In this document: positions 31,661 through 41,819 of the stretch, in pieces
Numbering within the stretch: position 1 is the stretch's first letter
Layout of the letters: each line of letters starts with the position of its first letter
Assembly (NCBI GenBank): GCA_946965045.2
Contig: OX337235.1
Span: 2,976,001 to 3,040,000 of the forward strand
Length of the DNA: 64,000 nt
Source: Epithemia pelagica
Taxonomy: Eukaryota; Protista; Bacillariophyta
Reading direction: 5' to 3'
Position numbers and translations under genes: made by a program
The notes under the pieces: model-generated
Told to the model about the DNA's origin: nothing
Databases searched by the model: none
What the model saw: only the letters and a program-made list of their open reading frames with translations

Positions 31661-34552
31661 TCAATTGTTGTTGACGTTGGCGTACGCGGAGCGGTAAAAC
31701 TCGTCCATCGCCGCTTTCTTGTCATGCTTGCTGGGATCGTCATGGAGGAATTTACACTTCTTCCCTTTCTTGCAAATCCCTTTGGTGAAAAGAATATTGC
31801 AGAAATGTTGTTTCTTGTTGTTCTTTTCGACGAATGGGATGTTTGTGAGAACGCTTGGGGGAAAGACACGCATATAATTCGCATTCTCGGGAATCCGCCA
31901 ATTGGAAGGAGAATCGAAAGTGATGGGGGTCTTGTTGGTCTCAGAATTCGACGAGGAAGAATTTTGTTGTCGCTTGGAGCTCGGGGAACCGTCATCAAAG
32001 CCACCGGATCGTTTCTTCTGGGAAGTCTTCTGTCGGTTTGCTTGGAATTTGGCTTGGAGAGCTGGAGGAAGAGAGACTAAGGTCAAACCAGTCTTGACGG
32101 TGAAAAGAATCCAATTCACTCGCTCTTCAAAGTCTCGGAATCCCACGTCTCCAATGGATGATGCACTCGAAAGGGTAGAGACGAATTCTTGGACGGCCTC
32201 GTCGATGGCAAACAGAAATTGGCCGAAATAAAAATCGTTGCCAGAGCTTTGTTGTTTGGCCATGATCTTGGTGCGAAACTGATGATAAAAGTTCAAGACT
32301 TTGAGGATCTGGTTCGCAATTGCTGAAGAGGCACCGCAAAGTCCTTTTGCACAAGCCCAAAAGGAACGAAGTTGTTTTTTGAATTCATCGGCGGTTCTTG
32401 GGAAGAACAAGTTGTGGTCCGAGTAAAGTTGCTGCATCTCCTTTGACTGCTTCATGTCATTGAGATGACATAAGGAAGCATCGTGGATTTGCTGGCGAAT
32501 ATTCTTGTCCAAGGTGTTGTTTGAATCTAGCCCCGGAATTGCGTACGGGTCGAATGAAAAGGGGCTGAAGCCACCAGGACAAGCCTCCGATTTCCAATGC
32601 AATCCAAGTCGTTGGATCACAGTGCATTGGCCGAAAAGGATTGTGCACGCATTGTCGGATGGGTCGAACACTTCTGCAAGGAAAGACTCAAAGAATGTCG
32701 CTGAATTCTTTGACTTCCAAACAATCTTGATGATCGGAGACAGTTCGTCCGGGAGAGATGTTGCCTTTGGTGTAATCGATCCCAGACGTAATTGTTTTTG
32801 GGCATTCAAGGGTATGTCCCTAAACATGCTCTTGGACTCTGGAGCAGTGATATCGTCCTCATTTCCACTCTTCTTGGAAGTAACTTCTTTGATACATTTT
32901 GAGAGCAAGACCATTTCGGGAGAGACGAAATGAACGTTGCCTTCATCGTCCAACATGCGAACGCCGCCTTGAGGAGAAGAACGGTCACGCAATTGTGAAG
33001 AGTCTGGAAGAGGCAAACAATCAACCGGTGATGGTGACCGAAAGCGCACACTTGAGGAGGACCGACGAAGGGATGGGCGTCGAGGGACAGAGGACTGTTC
33101 TTGTGGGTGCGAATCGTTTTTGGGAAAGATTCGAGAACGATGATCCAACAATGTAGTAGTATTCGCTTTCTGTGGGTCTGCAGGGATGGATGGGAAGACG
33201 GACTGTAGCTTGGGATTCTTTGGACGATGGAGAACAATCCACAAAAAACGAATGATTGGTTCCTGAATCTGGAGAAGAGGGTAATCGATCGGCATACCTA
33301 ACTTCTTGGACTCTGGGGACAGATCTCTGGAGGCTTCCCACCAGTGAAACAAAGCCACTTTATACAATCCACTTGCAATATCTTCGAATGACACGGTAAT
33401 GTCTTGGCTCGAACGGTCAGTATTGTGGAGCATCAGACCAGACAAGCATGGAGGAAGAAGACACAAACTTGAGCATAGAAATTCACGGTCAGACTTCGAG
33501 CCAGTGTCGGAGGAGGAAGCTACGGTGAAGGTCTTGAACTTGGAGGGATCAAATGAGAGATGGGGAACGGACGAAGAATCGGAGAAATCGTCGATCTCAA
33601 CAACACAATGTTCAAGGATCTCGGCAAAGGTCGGAACATTAGGGAAAACATGTTCGGACAACAAAAGGGGAATGTCGTCACTGTCGATCTGAAAGGGCGG
33701 AGACTCGAATGAGATTCGGTCAAGACCATAGAATGTCGCTTGAGGATCCACGAACGTTCCACAATCGGCAGGGCAGCAGATGTTGTGGAAGAGGAAGGGG
33801 CGTCCATTGCGAGACAAACCAAGGAATGCCAGTGGGTGGCTCTTCATCTTCGAGGTCAGCCAAACATGGAGATCGTCGGAGGAGGATAGACGGTTAAAGC
33901 TGGAGCACACCTGCGACCACAAGGTAGGGTCCCGAGAAAGAGCGACGTGAAATGGCTGGAGAAAAGAGTCGCACCAGTCGATCGGGTCGACTTTTGTCAA
34001 CTTTGAGAAGATATGTTCCAAGGCTTTGTCTCCAAGCGAATGGAAGTCCTGCGTAAAGTAGAACTCATGGCGGTAGGCGCCTGCACGGAGAGAGGACGAC
34101 GGATTGTCGTTGTTGACGTCGTCACCATCCTTGTCGTCAACAAGGATGAAATCATCCTTATCAAGGGCACTTGGAGGAGCATCTTCATCGGAGCGGGATG
34201 TGGAAGACTTGCAAACCGGAGGAAGCGGAGCCTTAAGCCTCTTGTTGTCAGACTTGGACAGGAACTTGGACTTGGAGGAGGCAATAGCATCCAAGAAGGC
34301 TTGTTCTTGGAGGTCAGCGTCAGAATCCACCGAAGAGTCATCAGCTTTAGCATGGTGATCCTTGAGGGAAGACTTGTCGGAGGCGGAAGGCTTGCGATCG
34401 CCATTCGAATCATCGGGTTGGGAGACGACCGCCGCCGCTGCGGGAGCAGACAAAGAAGGAGAAGGGGGATCAGATCCTTTCGTCGACGTCGGCGTCTTAC
34501 CAAAGAGATCCTCAAGGAAAGGGTTGGAACCGGTAAAAGTCATGATGAACAA
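31661..34552 (-). CDS. Gag-like ORF1 of YR element 2 (963 aa, intact) with a C-terminal CCCH zinc finger
   Basis: Uninterrupted ORF with CNILFTKGICKKGKKCKFLH (C-x8-C-x5-C-x3-H) and an acidic/Ser-rich N-terminus. The likely ATG is at 34543. Confidence 0.85.
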   Translation of the reverse strand: MFIMTFTGSNPFLEDLFGKTPTSTKGSDPPSPSLSAPAAAAVVSQPDDSNGDRKPSASDKSSLKDHHAKADDSSVDSDADLQEQAFLDAIASSKSKFLSKSDNKRLKAPLPPVCKSSTSRSDEDAPPSALDKDDFILVDDKDGDDVNNDNPSSSLRAGAYRHEFYFTQDFHSLGDKALEHIFSKLTKVDPIDWCDSFLQPFHVALSRDPTLWSQVCSSFNRLSSSDDLHVWLTSKMKSHPLAFLGLSRNGRPFLFHNICCPADCGTFVDPQATFYGLDRISFESPPFQIDSDDIPLLLSEHVFPNVPTFAEILEHCVVEIDDFSDSSSVPHLSFDPSKFKTFTVASSSDTGSKSDREFLCSSLCLLPPCLSGLMLHNTDRSSQDITVSFEDIASGLYKVALFHWWEASRDLSPESKKLGMPIDYPLLQIQEPIIRFLWIVLHRPKNPKLQSVFPSIPADPQKANTTTLLDHRSRIFPKNDSHPQEQSSVPRRPSLRRSSSSVRFRSPSPVDCLPLPDSSQLRDRSSPQGGVRMLDDEGNVHFVSPEMVLLSKCIKEVTSKKSGNEDDITAPESKSMFRDIPLNAQKQLRLGSITPKATSLPDELSPIIKIVWKSKNSATFFESFLAEVFDPSDNACTILFGQCTVIQRLGLHWKSEACPGGFSPFSFDPYAIPGLDSNNTLDKNIRQQIHDASLCHLNDMKQSKEMQQLYSDHNLFFPRTADEFKKQLRSFWACAKGLCGASSAIANQILKVLNFYHQFRTKIMAKQQSSGNDFYFGQFLFAIDEAVQEFVSTLSSASSIGDVGFRDFEERVNWILFTVKTGLTLVSLPPALQAKFQANRQKTSQKKRSGGFDDGSPSSKRQQNSSSSNSETNKTPITFDSPSNWRIPENANYMRVFPPSVLTNIPFVEKNNKKQHFCNILFTKGICKKGKKCKFLHDDPSKHDKKAAMDEFYRSAYANVNNN

Positions 34553-35511
34553 GGTAAACTCAGAAGATTAGCTAACTAGAATCGTTGCGATCTCGAACTC
34601 GTCTCGTAGTCGTTGCAAAGATGCTGAACCCAAGAAGAGTGAGCTCTTCTCACGCTCCAACGACTCTGCATCAGGGTCATCCTAAAACTTCCGATTGTGG
34701 GAATCAAATCGGATGCTCGCCTCGCGTCGAGGAGGCGGAGCAGTCGCACCGCTGTTGTCGGTCGCGGAGTCTGGCCAGCATCGGCCACGTCACTCCACCC
34801 AGTACAGACACAGGTGGCACACCGCCTTTAGCTGGACCGCTTGACGTGGGTGAAGCGAATAGTATCTGCTGCTCCACTGGTTTGGTTTGGGTCTTGTCTT
34901 GGGTCTTGCCCTACGCTATTAAGAAAAATAAATCGCTCTTTACTGTACTCTACTCGTATCCATTCCCAGTTCATGTCGTGATTCATAGTTGTTTTGGTTG
35001 GGTGTAAAGATTAGATTCCCCAACTGGCTTTCTCTGGTCCATCAGTCATCAGTCAGTCCGTCAGAAGGCCATGGCGTTCAACAAGAGAAGGCCCTCCGTA
35101 CTTTCATTGGTTCGATCCTTTCATGCCAGTGTTCCAACTCCAGCGCTGTTTCTGGAAAAGAACAAAATTCCCAACAAGTCGGCCTGGTGACAATTGGTCA
35201 AGCCGTTTTTACTCAAAAGCCATTTAATATGATGGCATCGCTTCAAGAACAAATCAAGAAAGGGACCGATAATAGTACTGAATGATGACAATTCGTCCAT
35301 GAAACAAACCAATCTCCAAGCCATTCAGAATCTCAATGTGTATTTGGATACCATTCAAACCATGGTCGATGCTGTCGCGCAATCGCACGCCTTGGCGGAT
35401 CCCGAACAACAATCACAACCACCATCCAGTAAGCCAGTAAGAACAATCCTCAATTAGCCTCATCCAAAATTCCCTTGGAGTTGTCTTGGTGGTCGAAGAT
35501 ACGACAGCCCT

Positions 35512-36090
35512 TTGGAAAAAGAACCGCGAGCGTCCCAGGGTGGCCACCCGCCGCAAGGTCGAATTGCTCTTGCCCAATTGGCAACCGGCCGTTCTTTACA
35601 GCGTATCAATAACCCCGAAGCCACCGTGGCGGAACGCATGTCTCACTTGACACGTCATGTCGTGGAGCAATTGCCTCAATTGTTGCGTGTCGCCGGATTG
35701 CCCGTATCCTCCAAATTGCGTTCCTCCTTGTTGAGAATGCAACAACACGAAACACGAGGCAGTCGACGACGACGGCTACGGCCTTCGTCCCAAACAATTT
35801 CTCGGGACCGTCTCAATGCCAATCGACGATCCTTTTTAGATACCATTGATTGGAATAAGGTTCGTTATCTGGTGAATGTCACAGCCGTGGAAGCCGAGGA
35901 GGCTGAAGCCATGCGTGAAACCATTGTCAAGACACCTGGTTTACGGCGTCAACTCAATGTCGCTCTCTTGGCACGGGTCAAGGTACGTCGTGGCCGAAGA
36001 CTTTCTTGCGCTGCGAACCCGAACAGTAAAAGACCGACAGCCCCCGCACGCATGCAACAACGATTGCAACAACCAAAGAACCTCTGGTAA
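35512..36090 (+). other. Uncharacterised ORF, possibly a gene fragment
   Basis: 192-codon ORF with a non-ATG start and no recognisable motif. Confidence 0.2.
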
Positions 36091-36481
36091 GCCATCATAG
36101 ACCACTGCGTCTCGAGAGAGAAGCTGTCGAGTTCTAAAGACTACCAACGTGATGGACTACGATAGAATGGCTGCTCTTGTTGTTTCTTTGACGTTTATGG
36201 TTCGCAAAGGGAATGGTGCGAAAAAGCTATTTCTCTTTCCGACTTCCGACTCGCTCGCGGGAACAAAAACTCGCTCCGAAAACAGCACCCACAAAAAACA
36301 GACACGGTTGTGGGTTGTTTCGCATTGTGTGCGGCGTGTGGGATTCATTTTTCCTTCGGTGCCCACAAATGGGAAGAGTTTGGCAAAGCAGACATTTCTT
36401 GTCCAATATCCCTGCATCCAAGTAGACAGGTCGCAGCAAACCCACTGTATACCGTATTCGCCAGGCATCGTCCATTCCAAG

Positions 36482-38098
36482 ATGAGCCAAGAAGCTGATT
36501 ATCGCATCCGCGATCTGCAGATCGAAGTAAACCTTCTTCCCAGCCACAGCAATAGCCCTAGAAACGACTCCGACGCTCCAAAGATTACGCAGTCCACCAC
36601 GATCTCGACGAACGAGTCGCCATCGTTTTCCTTCAGCAGTGCAACTGAATCGTTTGAGTTGAAGACACCAACGGATCAGCCCACCAAGCCAGAGTCCTAC
36701 GAAACTATGAGTCTAACTCCCACCATGAAGATTCCCATCGACCAAGCTCACGAGAAAATCAAGGAAGATGGTATTCTCAAATTGAATTGGGTAAAGAAAC
36801 ACCATGTTCGTTGCATCTACTTCCTTTATGGAATTGGTTACGCTCGTGACGACAACAACGACACACGCGTCGAGAAGATAAAAAAGATGATAGTCCCGGC
36901 AAAAGCATTCGAGCGCCTGAAAAGTATTGCGGTGTCCGAATTACAAGACAAGGTCATGCTCGGTGCAGGAGCGTTTGAGAAGTACCTTCGTTTCGCCTCT
37001 ACGGTGCGAATTGTCTTCAAAAAGAAGAATGCAGGCGGCGGATTCCCTCGGGAAGCCGTGCTTCGCACCCAAAAGAGCCGTAATTGCTATTTGACTAGTG
37101 CCTGTGTTTGGGCCACTCTGCAGAGTCAATTCGATTTACCTGGAAATGATAAAGCCTGCCAGCTCCCTGACATTTCACAAGTTGCGCGTCGTCATATCTT
37201 GGACGAAGACGTGGGAGCTGCAAGTTTCGACAGACGCTTGGAGGATCGTGTGGTTCATGACAGAGGGTACTCTGCTCGTAAGCTTGCTCAAAAGCTTGTC
37301 GGCCGGGAGGGATCACAAGAAGCAGCATGGCGAATATTCATGCTAGACTCGGGCGAAAAAACCAAAGACAAAGTGGACTATGCTTGGATTGAGTGGGAAA
37401 ACAACATGAACTCTACTTACATCGAGGCCCTTGTTGGAGAACAACACAAGATTGGCCTCGTTACAAACTTTCGCGTTGCAAAACCATTTCGAACAGCCTC
37501 AGAGAAAGAGACGTCTGGAATTGGGTACTGGAAGTTTGATGGCGACAACATTGATACACAAGGCGAGTTTGTAAACCTGCCCGAAGACGAGGATTACGGA
37601 ACGGAAAAGACCAGACTCTCGAAACTCTGGAACATACAGATGGAAGACATAAAAGCTGAAAAAGACTTTCGCAAAGCATCGTTGGATAGTCTCTTTCCGG
37701 ACAGTATGTTCAAAAATTCTGTAGAGGAAGAGGGAAATGATGAAGAGCGCCTCGACCAGAATTCTCCTGGGCGAAATGATCAAGCGCAAGACCCCAAGCA
37801 TTCCATGGTCCTTCTTGGCACGGTCCGAGAAACGAGTCGTCTTCCGAGTGGCTATGGAAAAGAGGAAGACAGGGTGTTCTTCTTTCTGTTGAACTCGTGG
37901 GGAAATATGCCGTGTGTTTTGGTGTCGATCGAGTATTTGCGTGCATGCGGCGCATATGTAAATTTCATTCACAAACGACTAGACCAAGTTCCTGAGCTGG
38001 AGCGAAATTTCCGTTTGGCTGGAGAATGCAGCTTTCACGAAGATGGTGGGGACGACTCTTATTTCACAAGTTGGGAAAAGAAGGAAGACGATTATTAG
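36482..38098 (+). CDS. Papain-like (clan CA) cysteine peptidase without a signal peptide, copy 1 (538 aa)
   Basis: TQKSRNCYLTSA (Q...C), KHSMVLLG (H) and FLLNSWG (N) appear in papain order. The likely ATG is at 36482. Confidence 0.7.
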   Translation: MSQEADYRIRDLQIEVNLLPSHSNSPRNDSDAPKITQSTTISTNESPSFSFSSATESFELKTPTDQPTKPESYETMSLTPTMKIPIDQAHEKIKEDGILKLNWVKKHHVRCIYFLYGIGYARDDNNDTRVEKIKKMIVPAKAFERLKSIAVSELQDKVMLGAGAFEKYLRFASTVRIVFKKKNAGGGFPREAVLRTQKSRNCYLTSACVWATLQSQFDLPGNDKACQLPDISQVARRHILDEDVGAASFDRRLEDRVVHDRGYSARKLAQKLVGREGSQEAAWRIFMLDSGEKTKDKVDYAWIEWENNMNSTYIEALVGEQHKIGLVTNFRVAKPFRTASEKETSGIGYWKFDGDNIDTQGEFVNLPEDEDYGTEKTRLSKLWNIQMEDIKAEKDFRKASLDSLFPDSMFKNSVEEEGNDEERLDQNSPGRNDQAQDPKHSMVLLGTVRETSRLPSGYGKEEDRVFFFLLNSWGNMPCVLVSIEYLRACGAYVNFIHKRLDQVPELERNFRLAGECSFHEDGGDDSYFTSWEKKEDDY

Positions 38099-38304
38099 CC
38101 TTGAACTCGAGGGAAGCAACCACAGAGCCATGGTTGTGTGTAATGCGAGTAGGCTAACACCAACACGGTTCGTCAAATCGGTAAGAGTCCCAATATTGGC
38201 ATGTCTTGTGAATCCAGTTGCAAGGCTGAGTTTTGGGGATCATCGGAGAAATCCTAATTTGACATGTCTAGTACAAGATTTATAAAAAAGTTTACTTGAT
38301 GATA

Positions 38305-39142
38305 AGTGCTCCACCAAACCTGGTAGTCACCTTTCTCGTCCGGTAAAAAGAGAAAGGCGTCTTTCTCCTTGTAGCCAAGTCTGACTACAACTTCCCCTCG
38401 CCACAACAGACTTTGCAGCGTGTAGGCCAATGCACCGCGCGTCTTCCCAATCCCCGGTTGTCCCGTGCCAAGGATAAAGTTTCGGTCACTAGTGTCCACG
38501 GTGTCGATACAAAGCCTGGCAAACTCCCGCATGGCAACAGTAGTGATAGTTTTCGGGTGCGATTTCGAGTCTGTGTCAAAACCGTGAGTGTCATTCTGTA
38601 CAAACACACCCTGTCCGAGATGAGTCACGGTGCTTGGACTTTCATCGAAAGAAACCGAGACTCCAACATCCATTTCCGGATTGGACGTGTATTCTTGTTC
38701 TAAAGCCAGAGAACATGCGTGCAAATTCACGAGCTCCATGGCATATGCATCGTGGGTATCACGTCGGAACCATCGAATGGTATCGCCTGGATGCTCCAGC
38801 ACTTGTCGTATGTTATTCGATATCTGTTGTCCGTCTACGGAGAGAGGAGGTCTCCCAGACGGAGCGACAATAGTTTCCACCTTCATCTGGTGTCCATGGC
38901 CATCGTCCGTTTCTTTTGATGACGACAACATTTGGACCTGAGAAATCCATACTACAGCAACTGTACAAAACCATCAAGATTAACTGAAGAGGAACGGGTT
39001 CTTCTTAGACGCTTTGGTGTGAAGTACTTCCTTTGTCTTTCGAGTTGTGCTCGCATCGATTATCATGATGTTGTTGTTACCGACGGACGACAGACTCAGG
39101 GACTCACTATTCCCCAGCGGGGGTGAGTTTTCGGGTGCTAAG
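38305..39142 (-). pseudogene. Duplicated 5' half of the Crinkler-like gene (copy of 9843-10680)
   Basis: Near-identical sequence, truncated after DYQVWWST where it abuts the protease segment. Confidence 0.85.
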
Positions 39143-39625
39143 GGGGTATATTCAGGTGACCGCTTAGACAGTCTAAAATATTTCGGATCTAGAATAAATC
39201 TAAAAGTACTTTTAGACTATATAAAATGTCTAAAACAGGGTCTAAAATCTCTCCGTGGTTTTGTACGGCGAAGCAATAACCCTAACCCTCTAGACAGCCA
39301 GCTACTAGGAGCGAGCATTGTCTATGACAACACATCCAGAGGACCTCATAGCTTCATCATCTAAGTTATTGGATGGTATGGATTACATTGTTCTTGCACT
39401 CTCTAAGCATGAGAGAGGATAACTGAGACCTTACTTTGTTCATTGCGATGGCATTGAGATGAATGAGGCAGAACGGTCTCCTACTCACGCAGTGGCGGTG
39501 GCGCTACTGAAGGGTTAAGGTTAAGAGTCTAAAAATTTTATTTTAGACTCGACCTCTGTCTAAAATAATCATACCCTTTTAGACCGGGTCTAAAAGTGGG
39601 GGTATAATTAGACTCCGGTCACCCT
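39142..39625. repeat. Inverted-repeat module rich in TCTAAAA/TTTTAGA palindromes, with two inward-facing telomere-like motifs
   Basis: Perfect 18-bp palindrome at 39199-39216; further hairpins at ~39526-39550 and ~39577-39595; TAACCCTAACCCT at 39277-39289 and AGGGTTAAGGTTA at 39511-39523. Confidence 0.6.
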
Positions 39626-40133
39626 GGTATATTATCGGGCGCGCGGAGCATGTGCGGAGCATGAGATATGGGCGGAGAAAGGCCAAACCAACCCGGATAT
39701 AGAGCTTTCCTCCGCAAAATTTACATGCGGAGGAAGAGTGCGGGTGGAGCATGGTTGGAAGCAAAATCACGCGCCCACACACCACACACTCAATGCGTCG
39801 AACAGTCGAAGTCTTCCGATGATGGATTTATCCAATGGATACTCTAAATGATAAGTAGTCTATAAAGGGAATGATTATTGTGTCCGGAAACCACCCCTTT
39901 GCTTGCCATCGTCTTCCCAAAGTTGCTCTTCTCCTTCCTTTTCGATTCCATACTTAAGGCGACCCATACGCGTTTCCGTGACGGTCGAGGATTTTGAGCG
40001 CGCGCGCCGCGCATGCTCCGCATCTCTGCATCCGCCCACCGATAATATAGACGCGCGGAGCATGCATCGTGGAGCATGCATTGCTCCCCCATATCCATGC
40101 TCCGCCCATGCTCCGCGCGCCCGATAACATACC
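39626..40133. mobile_element. MITE-like element with ~50-bp imperfect terminal inverted repeats (TIRs) and repeated GGAGCATG motifs
   Basis: The left end GGTATATTATCGGGCGCGCGGAGCATGTGCGGAGCATG matches the reverse complement of the right end, GGTATGTTATCGGGCGCGCGGAGCATGGGCGGAGCATG. No TSD found. Confidence 0.65.
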
Positions 40134-41819
40134 CATTCGCCATTATTTCCCCTCCATATTGGTGAGGCGGCCAGACCAAATTTGGTCGCGTGTACTGGAC
40201 ACGTGCTAGGGAGAGCTTGCTCTCAAACAGGGTGGCTTTGCCAGCTCTCCAACTGCCAGCAAGCGGCCCTGCGTGGATGACGGTTGGTTGTTTCATAATG
40301 CCGGACAAGCACACAACACACAATCCTTTTCTCTTGCCAAAGCACATCGCATTAATGGCATTCCAGGTGAGCTTAATCCATTGCGGATTGCCATGACAAT
40401 TACATTGCTCATGCTCACTCACACTTGTCGCTTTTGCTTGCTCTGCTCATTGGACGAGAGTCTGCTCATCTGCTGTGTCTCTGGCTCAGCAGCTCATTAC
40501 TTGCCATTGTTCATTTCTGTCGAAATGAGACCCATAACTTTCATTGCATTTATCCACAGACTATAAACCTTCTTTTCTTTATTTCCTAGAAATAGAACTC
40601 AAGTGCTAGCCATCTATAGAGTTTAGTGCCTTCTGTTTTCGTGTTGTACATCTGTTTTCTGTTTGGAGCACGTCAATGACCCTCAGTTGCACCATGAACA
40701 CATGACAGAGCAGCTCTTACAAGCTTGTACAGCTACAAATTGAATCATTCGCTGTTTGACTCTCGATCTAGGAGCTGATAATTAGAAAGTAGGGTGTGGG
40801 AGGAGCAAGATGGAGCCATCTACTTGAAGCAAAAACAACAAAATGTTTGGTCGTTGAGAAATGATTGAGAATGATGCTACAATATGAATAGTGAATCATC
40901 TATCCTACAGGAGACATGAAAGTAACAAACTGTTAGGATTCTCACCGAAAACTAGGTGGCGAAACCTACAACTCATCGAATGATGCTAGTATTTTATGGC
41001 ATCCGATGACATTTTCCTAAAAGTGAGAAAAGAATGTCGGCATGCTCGCGAAACTATAAATTTGGCCACGGCATGCTCGCATTGCAAGCGTTATCGGCGA
41101 CCGCTGGGATATTAACTATGGCCCAACACGTGCGCGCCCAAAACTATCAAGTGCGCGCCTCTACTATCCGAGTACGCGCATCCACGATTCGACCTAACGG
41201 TCTATGTAATCAAAGCACGAATCACGATCACGCGAGACCATATCTCTGTTCCCACAAATCCAAGAATGCAAACAGCAACGCGCCCAGGACAAGACTTATA
41301 CCACGACAAAGCAAGAGCTGTTGCATCCCATACATGTTATCCATCACCCTATACATTCAATATTAGTAGAATTCTTTCAAATTCATGGGGGATAATGCTT
41401 GGTAGAGCAGACAATCAGGTAGTCACCAACCGATACAAACCTCTCCACGGGTAAGAGAGGAAAGCAAGTCGTAGTCTATCAAAAGGATAGTCGGGACACA
41501 AAAGAGGATGTGATAAATGGTGATATTGTTAGATTGTGAGCTTTAGGACTACGGTGTGTGTTTTGATGTGCAGGTCTGGCCAGGGTGCATGACTGATATA
41601 TTCATGGCGCTGACAGGACTGGTCTGGTTGGAGTAGACATGGATATTGTGTATTGGAAGTATATGCACTTGTATATCATATACTAATGCCAACAGCTCTG
41701 CTTTGTTGTGATATAGGTAGTTTTCTTGGCGCGTTGCCGTTTGCATTCTTTGATTTGTGGGAATAGAGATATGGTCTCGCGTGATCGTGATTCGTGCTTC
41801 GGTTACTTAGGCCGTTGGG

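Larger units (their letters stand above)
27053..34811 (-). mobile_element. Tyrosine-recombinase retrotransposon, copy 2 (7759 bp; diverged subfamily)
   Basis: Same three-ORF layout as copy 1. Boundaries inferred from the shared terminal motifs TTCGCGGGG (27051-27059) and ACAGACAC (34804-34811) and near-equal length. No empty site is available. Confidence 0.85.

Noticed and set aside
39277-39523. Telomere or interstitial telomeric array
   Set aside because: Only about two units on each side, embedded in an inverted-repeat module.
40134-40930. Possible degraded transposase flanking the copia insertion (continues at 53915-54417)
   Set aside because: Looks like an old CpG-poor relic, but no catalytic motif could be identified.
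41034-41366. Small ORFs repeated in LTRs (also 53260-53619, 41549-41746, 45569-45766 and 45840-46139)
   Set aside because: They recur only because the LTRs are repeated. There are no protein motifs or evidence of coding constraint.
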